A stretch of DNA of 64,000 nt from Thermoproteota archaeon. GTDB lineage: Archaea; Thermoproteota; EX4484-205; JAAOZP01. A model generated the notes under the pieces. The model was not told the DNA's origin and searched no databases. It saw only the letters and a program-made list of their open reading frames with translations. The stretch spans positions 9,378-73,377 of the forward strand of contig JAWCNV010000007.1 of NCBI GenBank assembly GCA_038848185.1, given 5' to 3'. The position numbers were made by a program, and so were the translations under genes. Shown piece by piece: positions 27,986 to 37,410 of this stretch. Each line of letters starts with the position of its first letter. The stretch's first letter is position 1.

Positions 27986-29209
27986 TTGGCGTCTGACGCT
28001 GATAGGGAAAGGCTCAAATGGATGTATGGAAGATCGTTTGTAAGCTCCCTTAGCAACGGTATGATCTCCCCCTTCATATATGTTTACGCTGCTAGGATCG
28101 GAGTTTCTTCAGGTGAAATAGGTTGGATGCATTCCTTCAACAATTTTTTCACGAACAGTCTTCAAGTTCCTTGGGGAAGGCTTAGCGACAGGATTGGGAG
28201 AAGAGTCATCATCATAGTTGCAACAAGCCTCCTAGCCTCACTCCTATGGATACCTATAGCATTAATCACCGAACCCAGATTTTTCCTCATGCTCGTGGCA
28301 CTGCAGTTTCTCCTAGCCTCAGCCGCAGTCCCTGCTTGGAACGCTCTTTTAAGAGAGTCGACGCAAGCCTTTTTCAGAAGCATAGCAGTCTCAAACATAA
28401 ACATCGCCTCACTACTCGGAAGCCTGATTGCAACAATCTTCTCCGGGTGGCTCATAGACTCCTCTGAAGGCAAAATCATAATTCCATCAGTCATAGCAAC
28501 TATTCTAGGATTAGTGGGAGCCTTAATACTTTTAAGGGTGAGAGAGAAGGAAATTAAGAAGCCTAAACCTGGAAAACTTACCTCCATCTTTAAGGTCACA
28601 GATATCCCTAGTTTAATCAACGAGAATAATGATTTCAAGCTTTTCCTAAAGCTGTCAGCAATATACGGTTTCTCCATGTCTCTCGCGTGGCCGATATTCA
28701 CGATCACTACTGCAATAATCCTAAACTTGAGTATGACGGAGGTTGGAGCCCTGTCGGTGATTCAGACAGTTGCAACGCTCCTAGTGCAGCCCTTAATGGG
28801 GCGCCTCGTAACCAGAATCGGTAAGAAGCCGCTAATAGTCTTTCACTACGTTGCCTTAACCACAGTTCCGCTAGTATACTGCTTCGCCTCAAGCTTCCTC
28901 CAGATAGCGGTGTTAAACACTTTCCTTGGACTGGTAGTAGCTGCAGGCAACGCGACAATCCTACCGTATATCCTAGATATTCTCCCCGAGAACCATGTTG
29001 GAGAATTCACCTCGATATACAATATGGTTATGGGCCTAGCATACTTCACTGGTTCAGCAATTGGGGGGAACGCTATTGAAATTATGAGCCAGTATCTTGG
29101 AAGAGTTTTAAGTCTTCAAGTAGGATACCTCGTCTCAGCCTCGGGGAGGCTTATCATAGGACTATCATTCCTTAAGATAAGGGAGACCGGGACGCCTAAA
29201 AGAATTTGA
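27986..29209 (+). CDS. MFS transporter
   Basis: WGRLSDRIGRR motif A; about 12 TM segments. Confidence 0.9.
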   Translation: MASDADRERLKWMYGRSFVSSLSNGMISPFIYVYAARIGVSSGEIGWMHSFNNFFTNSLQVPWGRLSDRIGRRVIIIVATSLLASLLWIPIALITEPRFFLMLVALQFLLASAAVPAWNALLRESTQAFFRSIAVSNINIASLLGSLIATIFSGWLIDSSEGKIIIPSVIATILGLVGALILLRVREKEIKKPKPGKLTSIFKVTDIPSLINENNDFKLFLKLSAIYGFSMSLAWPIFTITTAIILNLSMTEVGALSVIQTVATLLVQPLMGRLVTRIGKKPLIVFHYVALTTVPLVYCFASSFLQIAVLNTFLGLVVAAGNATILPYILDILPENHVGEFTSIYNMVMGLAYFTGSAIGGNAIEIMSQYLGRVLSLQVGYLVSASGRLIIGLSFLKIRETGTPKRI

Positions 29210-29272
29210 AATCTGTCTATCTAATAGCTGAAAAACAACATAAACATGTGATTTTTACCACCGCACATTTGC

Positions 29273-30211
29273 TTAGAAGAAGTCTAGTGAAATTGTTCTT
29301 AGAACACTGTCTATCTCCATAAGCTCCTGTTCACTAAGCCTCCAGCCTGCTGCTCCAGCATTCTCCTCAGCCTGCTTAGGGTTCTTAGCCCCGGGTATTG
29401 GAACAACATTCCCATCTTTCAACAACCAGTTCATCGCAACCTGTGCAATAGTTTTACCCCTTGCCTTAGCAATCTTCTCGAGAACAGGTAGAAGCCGGCT
29501 TACCTCCTTAAGATTCTTGTCTGAGAAAAGCTTGTTATGCCTCCTAATATCGTCAGAAGGCTTGTTGCTCAAACTGTATTTTCCGGTTAAAGCCCCCTGC
29601 GCAAGCGGGCTGTAAGCGATTATCGTTATGTTCTCCCTTCTGCAGTAGGGTATGACCTCCTCCTCAATCTCCCTCTGCAACATGTTATACTTAACCTGGT
29701 TAGAAACTATGGGAGCTTCAGAAAGATGCTTCTTAGCCTCCTCCAGGTCTCTTACCGCGAAATTGCTGACGCCGATTGCCCTTATCTTACCCTCCTTGTA
29801 AAGCTTCCCCATAGCACGCATAGTGTGTTTCAAAGGAACCTGGTCCCAGGGGTCTGGCCAGTGAACTTGGTAAAGATCTATCTCCCTTACTCCGAGCCTT
29901 CTTAAACTGTTTTCAGCAGCCTTCAAAACATCGTCATACCTCAAGTGTCCACCCTGAACCTTCGTTGCGATAACGAGGTTCTCTCTCCCAACCTCCTTCA
30001 CTGCTCTTGCAACAACCTCCTCTGAATGCCCATTCCCGTATGCTTCAGCAGTATCTATCAGGTTTACTCCAAGCTCGTATGCTCTTACAATCGCCTTCAC
30101 TATCTGCTCATCCTCAACATCAACCCCCCAAGCTTTCCCACTGGCCTGCCAAGCACCCAGACCGATTATTGATGCTTTTAAATCGCTTTTACCCAACTTA
30201 ATATACTCCAT
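29273..30211 (-). CDS. aldo/keto reductase
   Basis: IDTAEAYG, IATK, LYQVHWP, IGVSNF, YSPLAQG, PIPG. Confidence 0.95.
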   Translation of the reverse strand: MEYIKLGKSDLKASIIGLGAWQASGKAWGVDVEDEQIVKAIVRAYELGVNLIDTAEAYGNGHSEEVVARAVKEVGRENLVIATKVQGGHLRYDDVLKAAENSLRRLGVREIDLYQVHWPDPWDQVPLKHTMRAMGKLYKEGKIRAIGVSNFAVRDLEEAKKHLSEAPIVSNQVKYNMLQREIEEEVIPYCRRENITIIAYSPLAQGALTGKYSLSNKPSDDIRRHNKLFSDKNLKEVSRLLPVLEKIAKARGKTIAQVAMNWLLKDGNVVPIPGAKNPKQAEENAGAAGWRLSEQELMEIDSVLRTISLDFF

Positions 30212-30448
30212 ACCTTACACCTCGGAAACGAAATAGTCTTCTTCGTTTTTAAACTTTCTCCGAAGCTGAAGGATGCATCAAACATCTTTTAGAAAAAAGA
30301 CAGTTTATAAGGATATCCCCGCTTCAAATCCTTAACAGCCTTTAAAGGAAGCTTATCGAACCAGTTTATCTCTATTACAATACTTCGCTCACCCGAAAAA
30401 CCAAAGATTTATATATGTTGAGCAGCACATCACACCCAGTGAATATAA

Positions 30449-31273
30449 ATGAAGGGGGAGTCGCATTCTCAGAGTCCTAGCGGGAAGAAAAAGCTTAACC
30501 CAAAGGAGGTTCTATGTTCAGAGTATCATCCTAATGAGAAGGTTGTCGAATGGTCTTTAAAAGCTAGGAATATGCCGGGGATAATGGCCACTATTATGAA
30601 TGTCCTATCTGAAAAAGGAGTGAGGTTCCTCTCCGGCTTCCAAACCATAGATCCGAATGAAAACATTTTTCTCCTAGGGGGCTTCATAGACCTCTCGGCT
30701 TCAAAAATTAAATCAGAAGACGTTGGAAAATTATTGAGAGCTGTTGAGGGTGTTTTAGAGGTTAATGTTCATGAGGAAATGTTCGACGGGTTGATTATCG
30801 ACGAGCTCCATTTCCCGCTGAAAGTTTCAGGTGAGAGAAGCTTTACTTTCAGGGTTGAAACATTCGGAGGTATACTTAAGAGGCTTTATGAGAAGTTTGG
30901 AACTGGTGCTGCAGTAATACTCTACGAAATGGGTATGGCAGCAGGCGAGAGTAGGGCGAAGAGTGCTGTGAAGAAGCATCGCACAGATAAGTTAGGCATT
31001 TTGAAACTGATAATGGCTGAAAGGTCTGCTAAAGGCTGGTGTCTAGCTGAAGTGGAGGATTTCAGCAGTAAAAAGGCTGTGCTGACAGTTAATGACTTAT
31101 TTGAATGCATGCCTTTTAAAGGTAAGCAGGACAGGGCAATCAGCCATTTCTTCAGGGGGTATTTGGCAGGAATATGTCAAACCCTATTTGGTAAAGAGGT
31201 TTCTGTAACGGAGGTTGAATGCATAGCCAAGGGGGACCCTGTCTGTAAATTTAACATTCAGGTCAAGGATTAA
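30449..31273 (+). CDS. ACT + V4R domain protein
   Basis: N-terminal RNMPGIMA ACT-like segment; C-terminal FEC...HFFRGYLAG...ECIAKGDPVCKF. Confidence 0.82.
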   Translation: MKGESHSQSPSGKKKLNPKEVLCSEYHPNEKVVEWSLKARNMPGIMATIMNVLSEKGVRFLSGFQTIDPNENIFLLGGFIDLSASKIKSEDVGKLLRAVEGVLEVNVHEEMFDGLIIDELHFPLKVSGERSFTFRVETFGGILKRLYEKFGTGAAVILYEMGMAAGESRAKSAVKKHRTDKLGILKLIMAERSAKGWCLAEVEDFSSKKAVLTVNDLFECMPFKGKQDRAISHFFRGYLAGICQTLFGKEVSVTEVECIAKGDPVCKFNIQVKD

Positions 31274-31350
31274 CCTTTTTAATGAAACATATAGAAGACT
31301 TAGCCTTTTCTTTATTAAAGCTTATATCTCTATTATGAGTTTCTTTTCCT

Positions 31351-32886
31351 ATGTTTCCAAAGAATTTTCTCTGGGGGGCTGCGGAAGCAGGTTTCCAGTT
31401 TGAGATGGGTGATTCCGATGGTAGGAATGTTGATCCTAATACTGATTGGTTTAAATGGGTTCATGATGCTGAGAATATCCGTAATAAAACTGTTAGTGGA
31501 GACCTTCCTGAGAACGGGATTAACTACTGGGAGCTTTACAAGGTTGACCATGATTTGGCAAGAGGCTTGGGAATGAATGCCTATAGGCTTGGGGTTGAGT
31601 GGAGCAGAATATTTCCTAAAAACACTTCAGAAGTTAAAACTGACGTAGAGATATCTTCAGACGGAAGGATAAGCAGGATAGAGTTGGATGAGAAGAGCCT
31701 AGAGAAGCTGGAGCCATTAGCAGACATGAATGCTCTAAAACACTATGAGAAGATGATTGACGACCTGAGGGAGAAAGGGTTTAAAGTAATAATATGTCTT
31801 AATCATTTCACTCTCCCACTCTGGGTGCATGACCCGATTGTCGCAAGGGATTCTAAGCTTAAGCGTGGGCCGAGAGGATGGTACGATCAGGATACGGTTG
31901 TCGAGTTCACGAAGTACGCAGCCTTCCTAGCGTGGAAGCTTGGGGCAAAGATAGATATGTGGGCTACTTTCAACGAGCCGAATGTGGTTGCGGAGATGGG
32001 TTACTTCATGGGGCTGGGAGGGTTTCCACCAGGCATCAAGATGAATGCTTTAAGCTCTTTCAGAGTGTTTAAAAGGGTTTTGCTTAACATGATTGTTGCG
32101 CATGCAAGAGCCTTCGAAGCCATTAAGAAGTTTGATGTTCAGCGTGCTGACTCAGATAGTTCTCAGCCTGCTTCGGTAGGAATTATTCAAAACGTTATTC
32201 CAGCGATGCCGCTGAACCCCTCTAGGGATGCTGATTTACAGGCTTCACGCTTCCTTGAGAAGATGCATAACGATTTTTTCATTGACGCTGCATCATCCGG
32301 CTGGGTTGACATGAACCTAAACAATATTAAAGATGAGAACGAGGTTAAGAAGGATCTTGAAGGCAAGATGGATTGGCTGGGTTTAAACTATTATACTCGG
32401 ATGGTTGTAAGCGGTAAGAAGTTTTTCCTAGCGAGATTAGTCTCAGGCATTTCAGCTATCCCAGAACTCGTTGAAGGTTATGGTTTCGCGTGTAAAGCCA
32501 ATGAAGTTTCCAAGGATGGTAGACCAACATCAGACTTCGGCTGGGAACTGTATCCAGAAGGGCTTGTAAGAGTAGTTGTCGAAATGTCGAGATACGGTAA
32601 GCCTATTTACGTGACTGAGAATGGTGCTGCAGACTCCGAGGACAGAATTAGATCAAGATATATCGTTGAACACTTGAAGGTTTTGGAGAACTTGGTTGAG
32701 GAGAAGCATGTCGACCTAAGGGGTTACTTCCATTGGGCTTTAACAGACAACTATGAGTGGGCAGAAGGATTCAGTATGAAGTTTGGATTATATGGCGTTG
32801 ATCTTAAAACTAAGAAGAGGCTTCGGAGAAAAGGCGCCGAGGTTCTTAGAAAAATAATTCAGAACGGTACCGTAAGCAACACGTGA
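31351..32886 (+). CDS. GH1 beta-glycosidase (archaeal LacS/BgaS type)
   Basis: GFQFEMG, EWSRIFP, NHFTLPLW, TFNEP (acid/base), VTENG (nucleophile), DNYEW. Confidence 0.95.
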   Translation: MFPKNFLWGAAEAGFQFEMGDSDGRNVDPNTDWFKWVHDAENIRNKTVSGDLPENGINYWELYKVDHDLARGLGMNAYRLGVEWSRIFPKNTSEVKTDVEISSDGRISRIELDEKSLEKLEPLADMNALKHYEKMIDDLREKGFKVIICLNHFTLPLWVHDPIVARDSKLKRGPRGWYDQDTVVEFTKYAAFLAWKLGAKIDMWATFNEPNVVAEMGYFMGLGGFPPGIKMNALSSFRVFKRVLLNMIVAHARAFEAIKKFDVQRADSDSSQPASVGIIQNVIPAMPLNPSRDADLQASRFLEKMHNDFFIDAASSGWVDMNLNNIKDENEVKKDLEGKMDWLGLNYYTRMVVSGKKFFLARLVSGISAIPELVEGYGFACKANEVSKDGRPTSDFGWELYPEGLVRVVVEMSRYGKPIYVTENGAADSEDRIRSRYIVEHLKVLENLVEEKHVDLRGYFHWALTDNYEWAEGFSMKFGLYGVDLKTKKRLRRKGAEVLRKIIQNGTVSNT

Positions 32887-32913
32887 TAATATCTTGAGGA
32901 TCCTTTTAAACAA

Positions 32914-33309
32914 ATGAGCCGGAAGAAACTTATCTACGTTATTCAAAAACACGCGGCAACGCATCTCCACTATGATCTCAGGCTTGAAATGGATGGTGTT
33001 CTGAAAAGCTGGGCTATTCCTAAGGAGCCTGAGGATAAGCCTGGTGCAAGGAGGCTGGCCATACAGGTTGAGGATCATCCTCTGGAATATGCCAGTTTTG
33101 AAGGATTCATTCCTGAAGGCCAATACGGTGCAGGGGAGGTTGAGAGATGGGATTTCGGGAACTATGAGCTTGTAAAAAAGACGGAGAGGAGTATAGAGGT
33201 TGAAATATATGGGAAACGCCTCAAGGGACGTTTCATCCTGATGAAATTTGAGAAAGCAGGAGGAAACGCTTGGCTCTTCTTTAAGAAGAAGAGCAGTGTC
33301 CGTGCTTAA
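32914..33309 (+). CDS. stand-alone LigD-type 3'-phosphoesterase (PE) domain protein
   Basis: [43 protein letters not shown]. Confidence 0.92.
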   Translation: MSRKKLIYVIQKHAATHLHYDLRLEMDGVLKSWAIPKEPEDKPGARRLAIQVEDHPLEYASFEGFIPEGQYGAGEVERWDFGNYELVKKTERSIEVEIYGKRLKGRFILMKFEKAGGNAWLFFKKKSSVRA

Positions 33310-33445
33310 ACCATGGCGACCAAGTTAAAAACATCTAACCCTTAAGAGTAAAAACAGTTTTTTTCCCATTCTCTGTGTCTACTCTGTTTAACAGCAAGGT
33401 TCATATAGATGTAGGTCTAACAAAAATTTCAGGGTGTAGCTGCAA

Positions 33446-34459
33446 ATGGGTGGAGTAAGAATAATCGGAGAAAATTTGAAAAACATGCCTTGGCAGGATA
33501 AGCCTGAAGGTTATGAAGGCGTTATATGGAGGTATGATAAGAATCCTCTAACGAAGTGGAATCCTACTAAGAGCACTGCAAGAATATTCAATAGTGCGGT
33601 GGTCCCGTTTAAGAACAGGTTTGTAGGAGTTTTCAGGGCGGACCATAAGGACGGTAAAGCTAGGCTTCACGTGGGTTGGAGCGAAGACGGGGTTTCATGG
33701 GATATCGAGGACGAGGTGATAATGTGGAAGGATGAGAAGGGAGAAATATACCAGCCTAACTACGCTTACGACCCGAGGGTTGTTAAGATAGAGGACACCT
33801 ATTACATAACTTGGTGCACAGACTTCTTCGGCCCCACTATAGGAGTAGGTAGGACGAAGGATTTCAAAGAGTTCACCCGGCTTGAAAACGCTTTCCTCCC
33901 CTTCAATAGGAATGGTGTCCTATTCCCGAGGAAGGTCAATGGTAAATACTTAATGCTTTCAAGACCCAGCGATACTGGGCACACTCCTTTCGGAGACATC
34001 TTCCTGAGCGAAAGCCCTGACATGATTCACTGGGGGAGACACAGGAGGGTTATGGGTAGAGGAGGATCAGGATGGTGGCAGGGGCTTAAAATCGGAGCAG
34101 GCCCAATACCAATTGAAACAACAGAGGGTTGGCTGCTTTTCTACCATGGTGTGGTTCTTACGTGCAACGGTTATGTCTATAGCTGTGGGGCAGCAATACT
34201 AGACTTAAACACTCCCTCCAGGGTTCTATACAGGTGTAGAGACTACTTGTTGACGCCGGAGAAGGAGTATGAGACAGTAGGCTTTGTTCCCAACGTAGTT
34301 TTTCCGTGCGCAACCTTAACGGATGCGGAAAGTGGTAGAATCGCCCTGTACTATGGTTCTGCAGACACATATGTTTCACTGGCTTTTGCATATGTTGACG
34401 AAGTAGTGGACTACGTTAAAGAAAACGCGGAGCCGTTTCGCGAGGGAGAGGGAAGATAA
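33446..34459 (+). CDS. GH130 beta-mannoside/mannooligosaccharide phosphorylase
   Basis: MPWQDKP..WRY..NP, FNSAV, YDPRV, PFNRNGVLFP, GHTPFGDI, VPNVVFP. Confidence 0.9.
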   Translation: MGGVRIIGENLKNMPWQDKPEGYEGVIWRYDKNPLTKWNPTKSTARIFNSAVVPFKNRFVGVFRADHKDGKARLHVGWSEDGVSWDIEDEVIMWKDEKGEIYQPNYAYDPRVVKIEDTYYITWCTDFFGPTIGVGRTKDFKEFTRLENAFLPFNRNGVLFPRKVNGKYLMLSRPSDTGHTPFGDIFLSESPDMIHWGRHRRVMGRGGSGWWQGLKIGAGPIPIETTEGWLLFYHGVVLTCNGYVYSCGAAILDLNTPSRVLYRCRDYLLTPEKEYETVGFVPNVVFPCATLTDAESGRIALYYGSADTYVSLAFAYVDEVVDYVKENAEPFREGEGR

Positions 34460-34532
34460 ATAGTATCCGTTTTGAAGAAAACAAGTTTGGCAGCTGTTTC
34501 AACCGTTAGGAAAACCCTAAAACCTATGTCAG

Positions 34533-34850
34533 CTAGTTTTTTTCAATATTCTCTTGAGCCTCTCTAAGCCTAGATAAGAATATTCTCAAAGCATTAATCC
34601 CATCCGGGGTTAATACCAGAATTCTTGCCCTCAAATCCTCCCATGGTCGGTTAACCCTTATATAGTCTTTCTCCTCAAGAGCCTTCAGATGGTGTGCTAA
34701 TCGACCTGGTGAAAGACCAAGCCCCTCAGCAACCTCCGTAAACCTTGCCTTCCCCCTTACCGAAAGAAAAAGCATAACAGCTAATCTAACATTATCCCCT
34801 AATACTTCTCCTTCTTCAATTAGGCGTCTAATTTTCTCCTCTGGCTGCAT
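34533..34850 (-). CDS. winged-helix transcriptional regulator (ArsR/MarR-like)
   Basis: VRLAVMLFL, RFTEV...LSPGRLAHHLKALEEKDYI, LTPDG. Confidence 0.85.
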   Translation of the reverse strand: MQPEEKIRRLIEEGEVLGDNVRLAVMLFLSVRGKARFTEVAEGLGLSPGRLAHHLKALEEKDYIRVNRPWEDLRARILVLTPDGINALRIFLSRLREAQENIEKN

Positions 34851-35484
34851 GAAGAATCCCTAGTGCTTTCTGCCTAGCTGACAGGATATACCAGACAGCA
34901 GTCACGAAATACGAGAAGGTTAAGTGGATGGAATTGATAATGTAAGGATAGAATTCTTCCGGAAGTAGCAGGTATGAGGGCAAAGTTAGAAGGAGGTAGA
35001 GGCATACGAAGAGTGGCCGGGGGTCAATTCTACGGGTTGCCCGAAACTCCCACAAGAAGGTGGCCATGTTCCCAAGGGAAACTCCCAGACTTACCATTAC
35101 TGCTATCCTTAGGGCAACTAACTCGGCAGGTATCACAACATTAGATATTACTGAGGAAAACAGAAATGCGAAAACCCAGAAAAGCATCGAAATATATTCT
35201 GTTTCTGGTTTTACCCTTTTTCCCTGAGCCTTAAACAACTCTAATGTTACACTTATTCTACTGATTATCATTACAGATAAACTGGCTACTGTGAAAGACG
35301 CTCCAAAGACAAGTATTACTAGGATGATCACCGGGGTTGATAGTTTGAAAACGGCCATTAGAAGCTCCGTCAGCATTCCTGCAAATAATGCTGCCGAAAG
35401 GTATAGTAGGTAAATAATGGCGCCTGAAACCTCTGAAAGCACTATCGCGTATGCTTCAACTATTCTGAAAAGATTTTTACTCAT
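34828..35484 (-). CDS. uncharacterised polytopic membrane protein
   Basis: about 6 hydrophobic segments; overlaps the wHTH gene start; ATG 35484. Confidence 0.7.
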   Translation of the reverse strand: MSKNLFRIVEAYAIVLSEVSGAIIYLLYLSAALFAGMLTELLMAVFKLSTPVIILVILVFGASFTVASLSVMIISRISVTLELFKAQGKRVKPETEYISMLFWVFAFLFSSVISNVVIPAELVALRIAVMVSLGVSLGNMATFLWEFRATRRIDPRPLFVCLYLLLTLPSYLLLPEEFYPYIINSIHLTFSYFVTAVWYILSARQKALGILHAARGEN

Positions 35485-35492
35485 GCTTAGTA

Positions 35493-35539
35493 TATCTAAA
35501 CAGATAATATAAATGTTTCTTAACTTTGGAAAACAAAGT
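35493..35539. promoter_or_regulatory. two inverted repeats in the divergent promoter (candidate operators)
   Basis: TATCT-AAAC-AGATA (35493-35506) and ACTTTG-GAAAA-CAAAGT (35523-35539). Confidence 0.4.
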
Positions 35540-35578
35540 AAACGAAGCATTATAAACCTTCAAGTAGAAGCCTACAGC

Positions 35579-36358
35579 ATGAGCATAAGGTTGCAGAATG
35601 TATCTGCCAGATATTCAAGGGCAAGCATTCTCCATGATATTGATTTAGATTTAAACGGTAGAGACATAATCCTAGGTCCGAATGGCTCTGGCAAAACAAC
35701 GCTTTTCCGCACAATACTTGGAGTGAATGTGTATTCTGAGGGACACATAGAGATAGACGAGGTTGATGTTAAGAAGATAAAAAGCACTCCAGGAATATTG
35801 GCAACAAACCTCGACGAGGTTTATAATCTTCTGAGGATTCCAATAAGGAATGTGGCTAAGCTTTACCTTGAACTTGGTAAGGGAGATTTCTCAAGATTTC
35901 TAAGTATGGTTGAAGAATTTGAAGCATCCAGTGCTTTAAATAAGAGGCTTGATGAATTATCAGCTGGGCAGAGAAGAATCATGTGTAATCTTATCGCGCT
36001 GGCTATGAATACAAAGTATGTTCTCCTCGATGAACCTTTTGAAAACATGGATCCTGCTAGAAGGGTTAAGATGGCCAAGATTATCATAGATTGGGATGGG
36101 GGCATCATAATGAATACTCATGCAACATGGCTTCTCGATAAGTTTTCAGACTGGCAGGCTCACCTAATGTTTCATGGGAAAACATGTGAGCCTGTGAGGG
36201 TTAATGGCCTTCTGAACTCGAGAATAGTTGAAGGACAGAGAGAAGGTGCAATTAGTTTTACAATTAGAGAGAAAACGTTCTCACTAGTGTCTGGGAATCA
36301 AGGTATTTGCCTTACTGAAATGGAGAGTTTAGACCGTCTCTTCGAGGTGGGGTTGTGA
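35579..36358 (+). CDS. ABC ATP-binding protein (exporter type)
   Basis: GPNGSGKTT, LSAGQ, VLLDEP, NTH. Confidence 0.85.
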   Translation: MSIRLQNVSARYSRASILHDIDLDLNGRDIILGPNGSGKTTLFRTILGVNVYSEGHIEIDEVDVKKIKSTPGILATNLDEVYNLLRIPIRNVAKLYLELGKGDFSRFLSMVEEFEASSALNKRLDELSAGQRRIMCNLIALAMNTKYVLLDEPFENMDPARRVKMAKIIIDWDGGIIMNTHATWLLDKFSDWQAHLMFHGKTCEPVRVNGLLNSRIVEGQREGAISFTIREKTFSLVSGNQGICLTEMESLDRLFEVGL

Positions 36359-37182
36359 TGAGCATTCTTTTATTCAAAATGCTTTCGAAGGAAATGTTCA
36401 GGAACCCTTCTGCCTGGGGATGGGGTTTCTTCTTCGTCTCTTTCTGGATTATCATGGGGGCCTACATATTTAGTATTGAAATGCCTAAAGGTCTTCCTGC
36501 TGAAGCATATTTCTCCTACACGGGTAGCTGGTTCTCAATATCTCTAGTCTACAGTTTCTCGGCTCTTGCAGTAGGCATTGTTAATTCTTCATATTACTCA
36601 TCTTTCTCCCTAAGATATTTGACGAAATATTCTGCTCTCAATAATAAGCGTTACTACGCTGTGAGCCTGATTTCGACAGCCATGTTCTTCACGGTTTTCA
36701 CAATGCTCTTAGGAGTAGAGACATTTTTAATATATAGCTTTAGGTTCGGAGTCTTGCTGGCTCCCAAGAACCCTGTTGAACTGGCCTTAGCATCAATCTT
36801 ATCAGCATTATTCATATATGTGCTTTCAAGCTCCATAGCCTATTTAATCCTAGTTTTGAAGAGGCCGCGACTCGTCACCTTCGCATCCTTTCTACCCCTC
36901 GTTGTCTCCTACCCGCTTCTATTCCTACAACTATACCTTGACATAGGTTATGCCACAGTCCTATCCCCCTTTAACACGATTAACAGCCTCATCTACCGTT
37001 ATTACTCCGGAATCGAAGTGCCTAAGGGACCTCTATTTATTGGTAGTCAAGCCTCTGCAACAATAGATCCATTATACTTTTGGGCATCGCTTTTTTCATG
37101 GATTGTTTTACTCAGCATAATTAACATAATCCTGATAGGGAAGCAAAGGGGGGTCAGCGTAGAGGAACTCAGACAGTTTTGA
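36355..37182 (+). CDS. ABC-2-like permease
   Basis: 6 TM segments; GTGA overlap with ATPase gene. Confidence 0.7.
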   Translation: MMSILLFKMLSKEMFRNPSAWGWGFFFVSFWIIMGAYIFSIEMPKGLPAEAYFSYTGSWFSISLVYSFSALAVGIVNSSYYSSFSLRYLTKYSALNNKRYYAVSLISTAMFFTVFTMLLGVETFLIYSFRFGVLLAPKNPVELALASILSALFIYVLSSSIAYLILVLKRPRLVTFASFLPLVVSYPLLFLQLYLDIGYATVLSPFNTINSLIYRYYSGIEVPKGPLFIGSQASATIDPLYFWASLFSWIVLLSIINIILIGKQRGVSVEELRQF

Positions 37183-37410
37183 GCCGTCCACAGCAAGTCT
37201 GTCGACCAGACGCTCTACTCACCCCCTAGCGACAGTAAGCATATAGCTAGCGATATCACTCTCGACAGGTTTAAGCAGTAATTTTTTATTTAAAAGGCTT
37301 AAAAACCAGTGTTTCTGGTTTTAGATAGGGTTTTAAAGAGTTGTCCATAGTCTAAAAACCAAAAAATCTTAAATATTCTCCGTGATAAAATATATTCAAG
37401 GTAATCTTGA

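Noticed and set aside
27973..28025. C/D-box sRNA-like ATGATGA-N13-CTGA at the MFS gene start
   Set aside because: No convincing C'/terminal D box at the proper spacing and no recognisable rRNA/tRNA complement; it overlaps the CDS start
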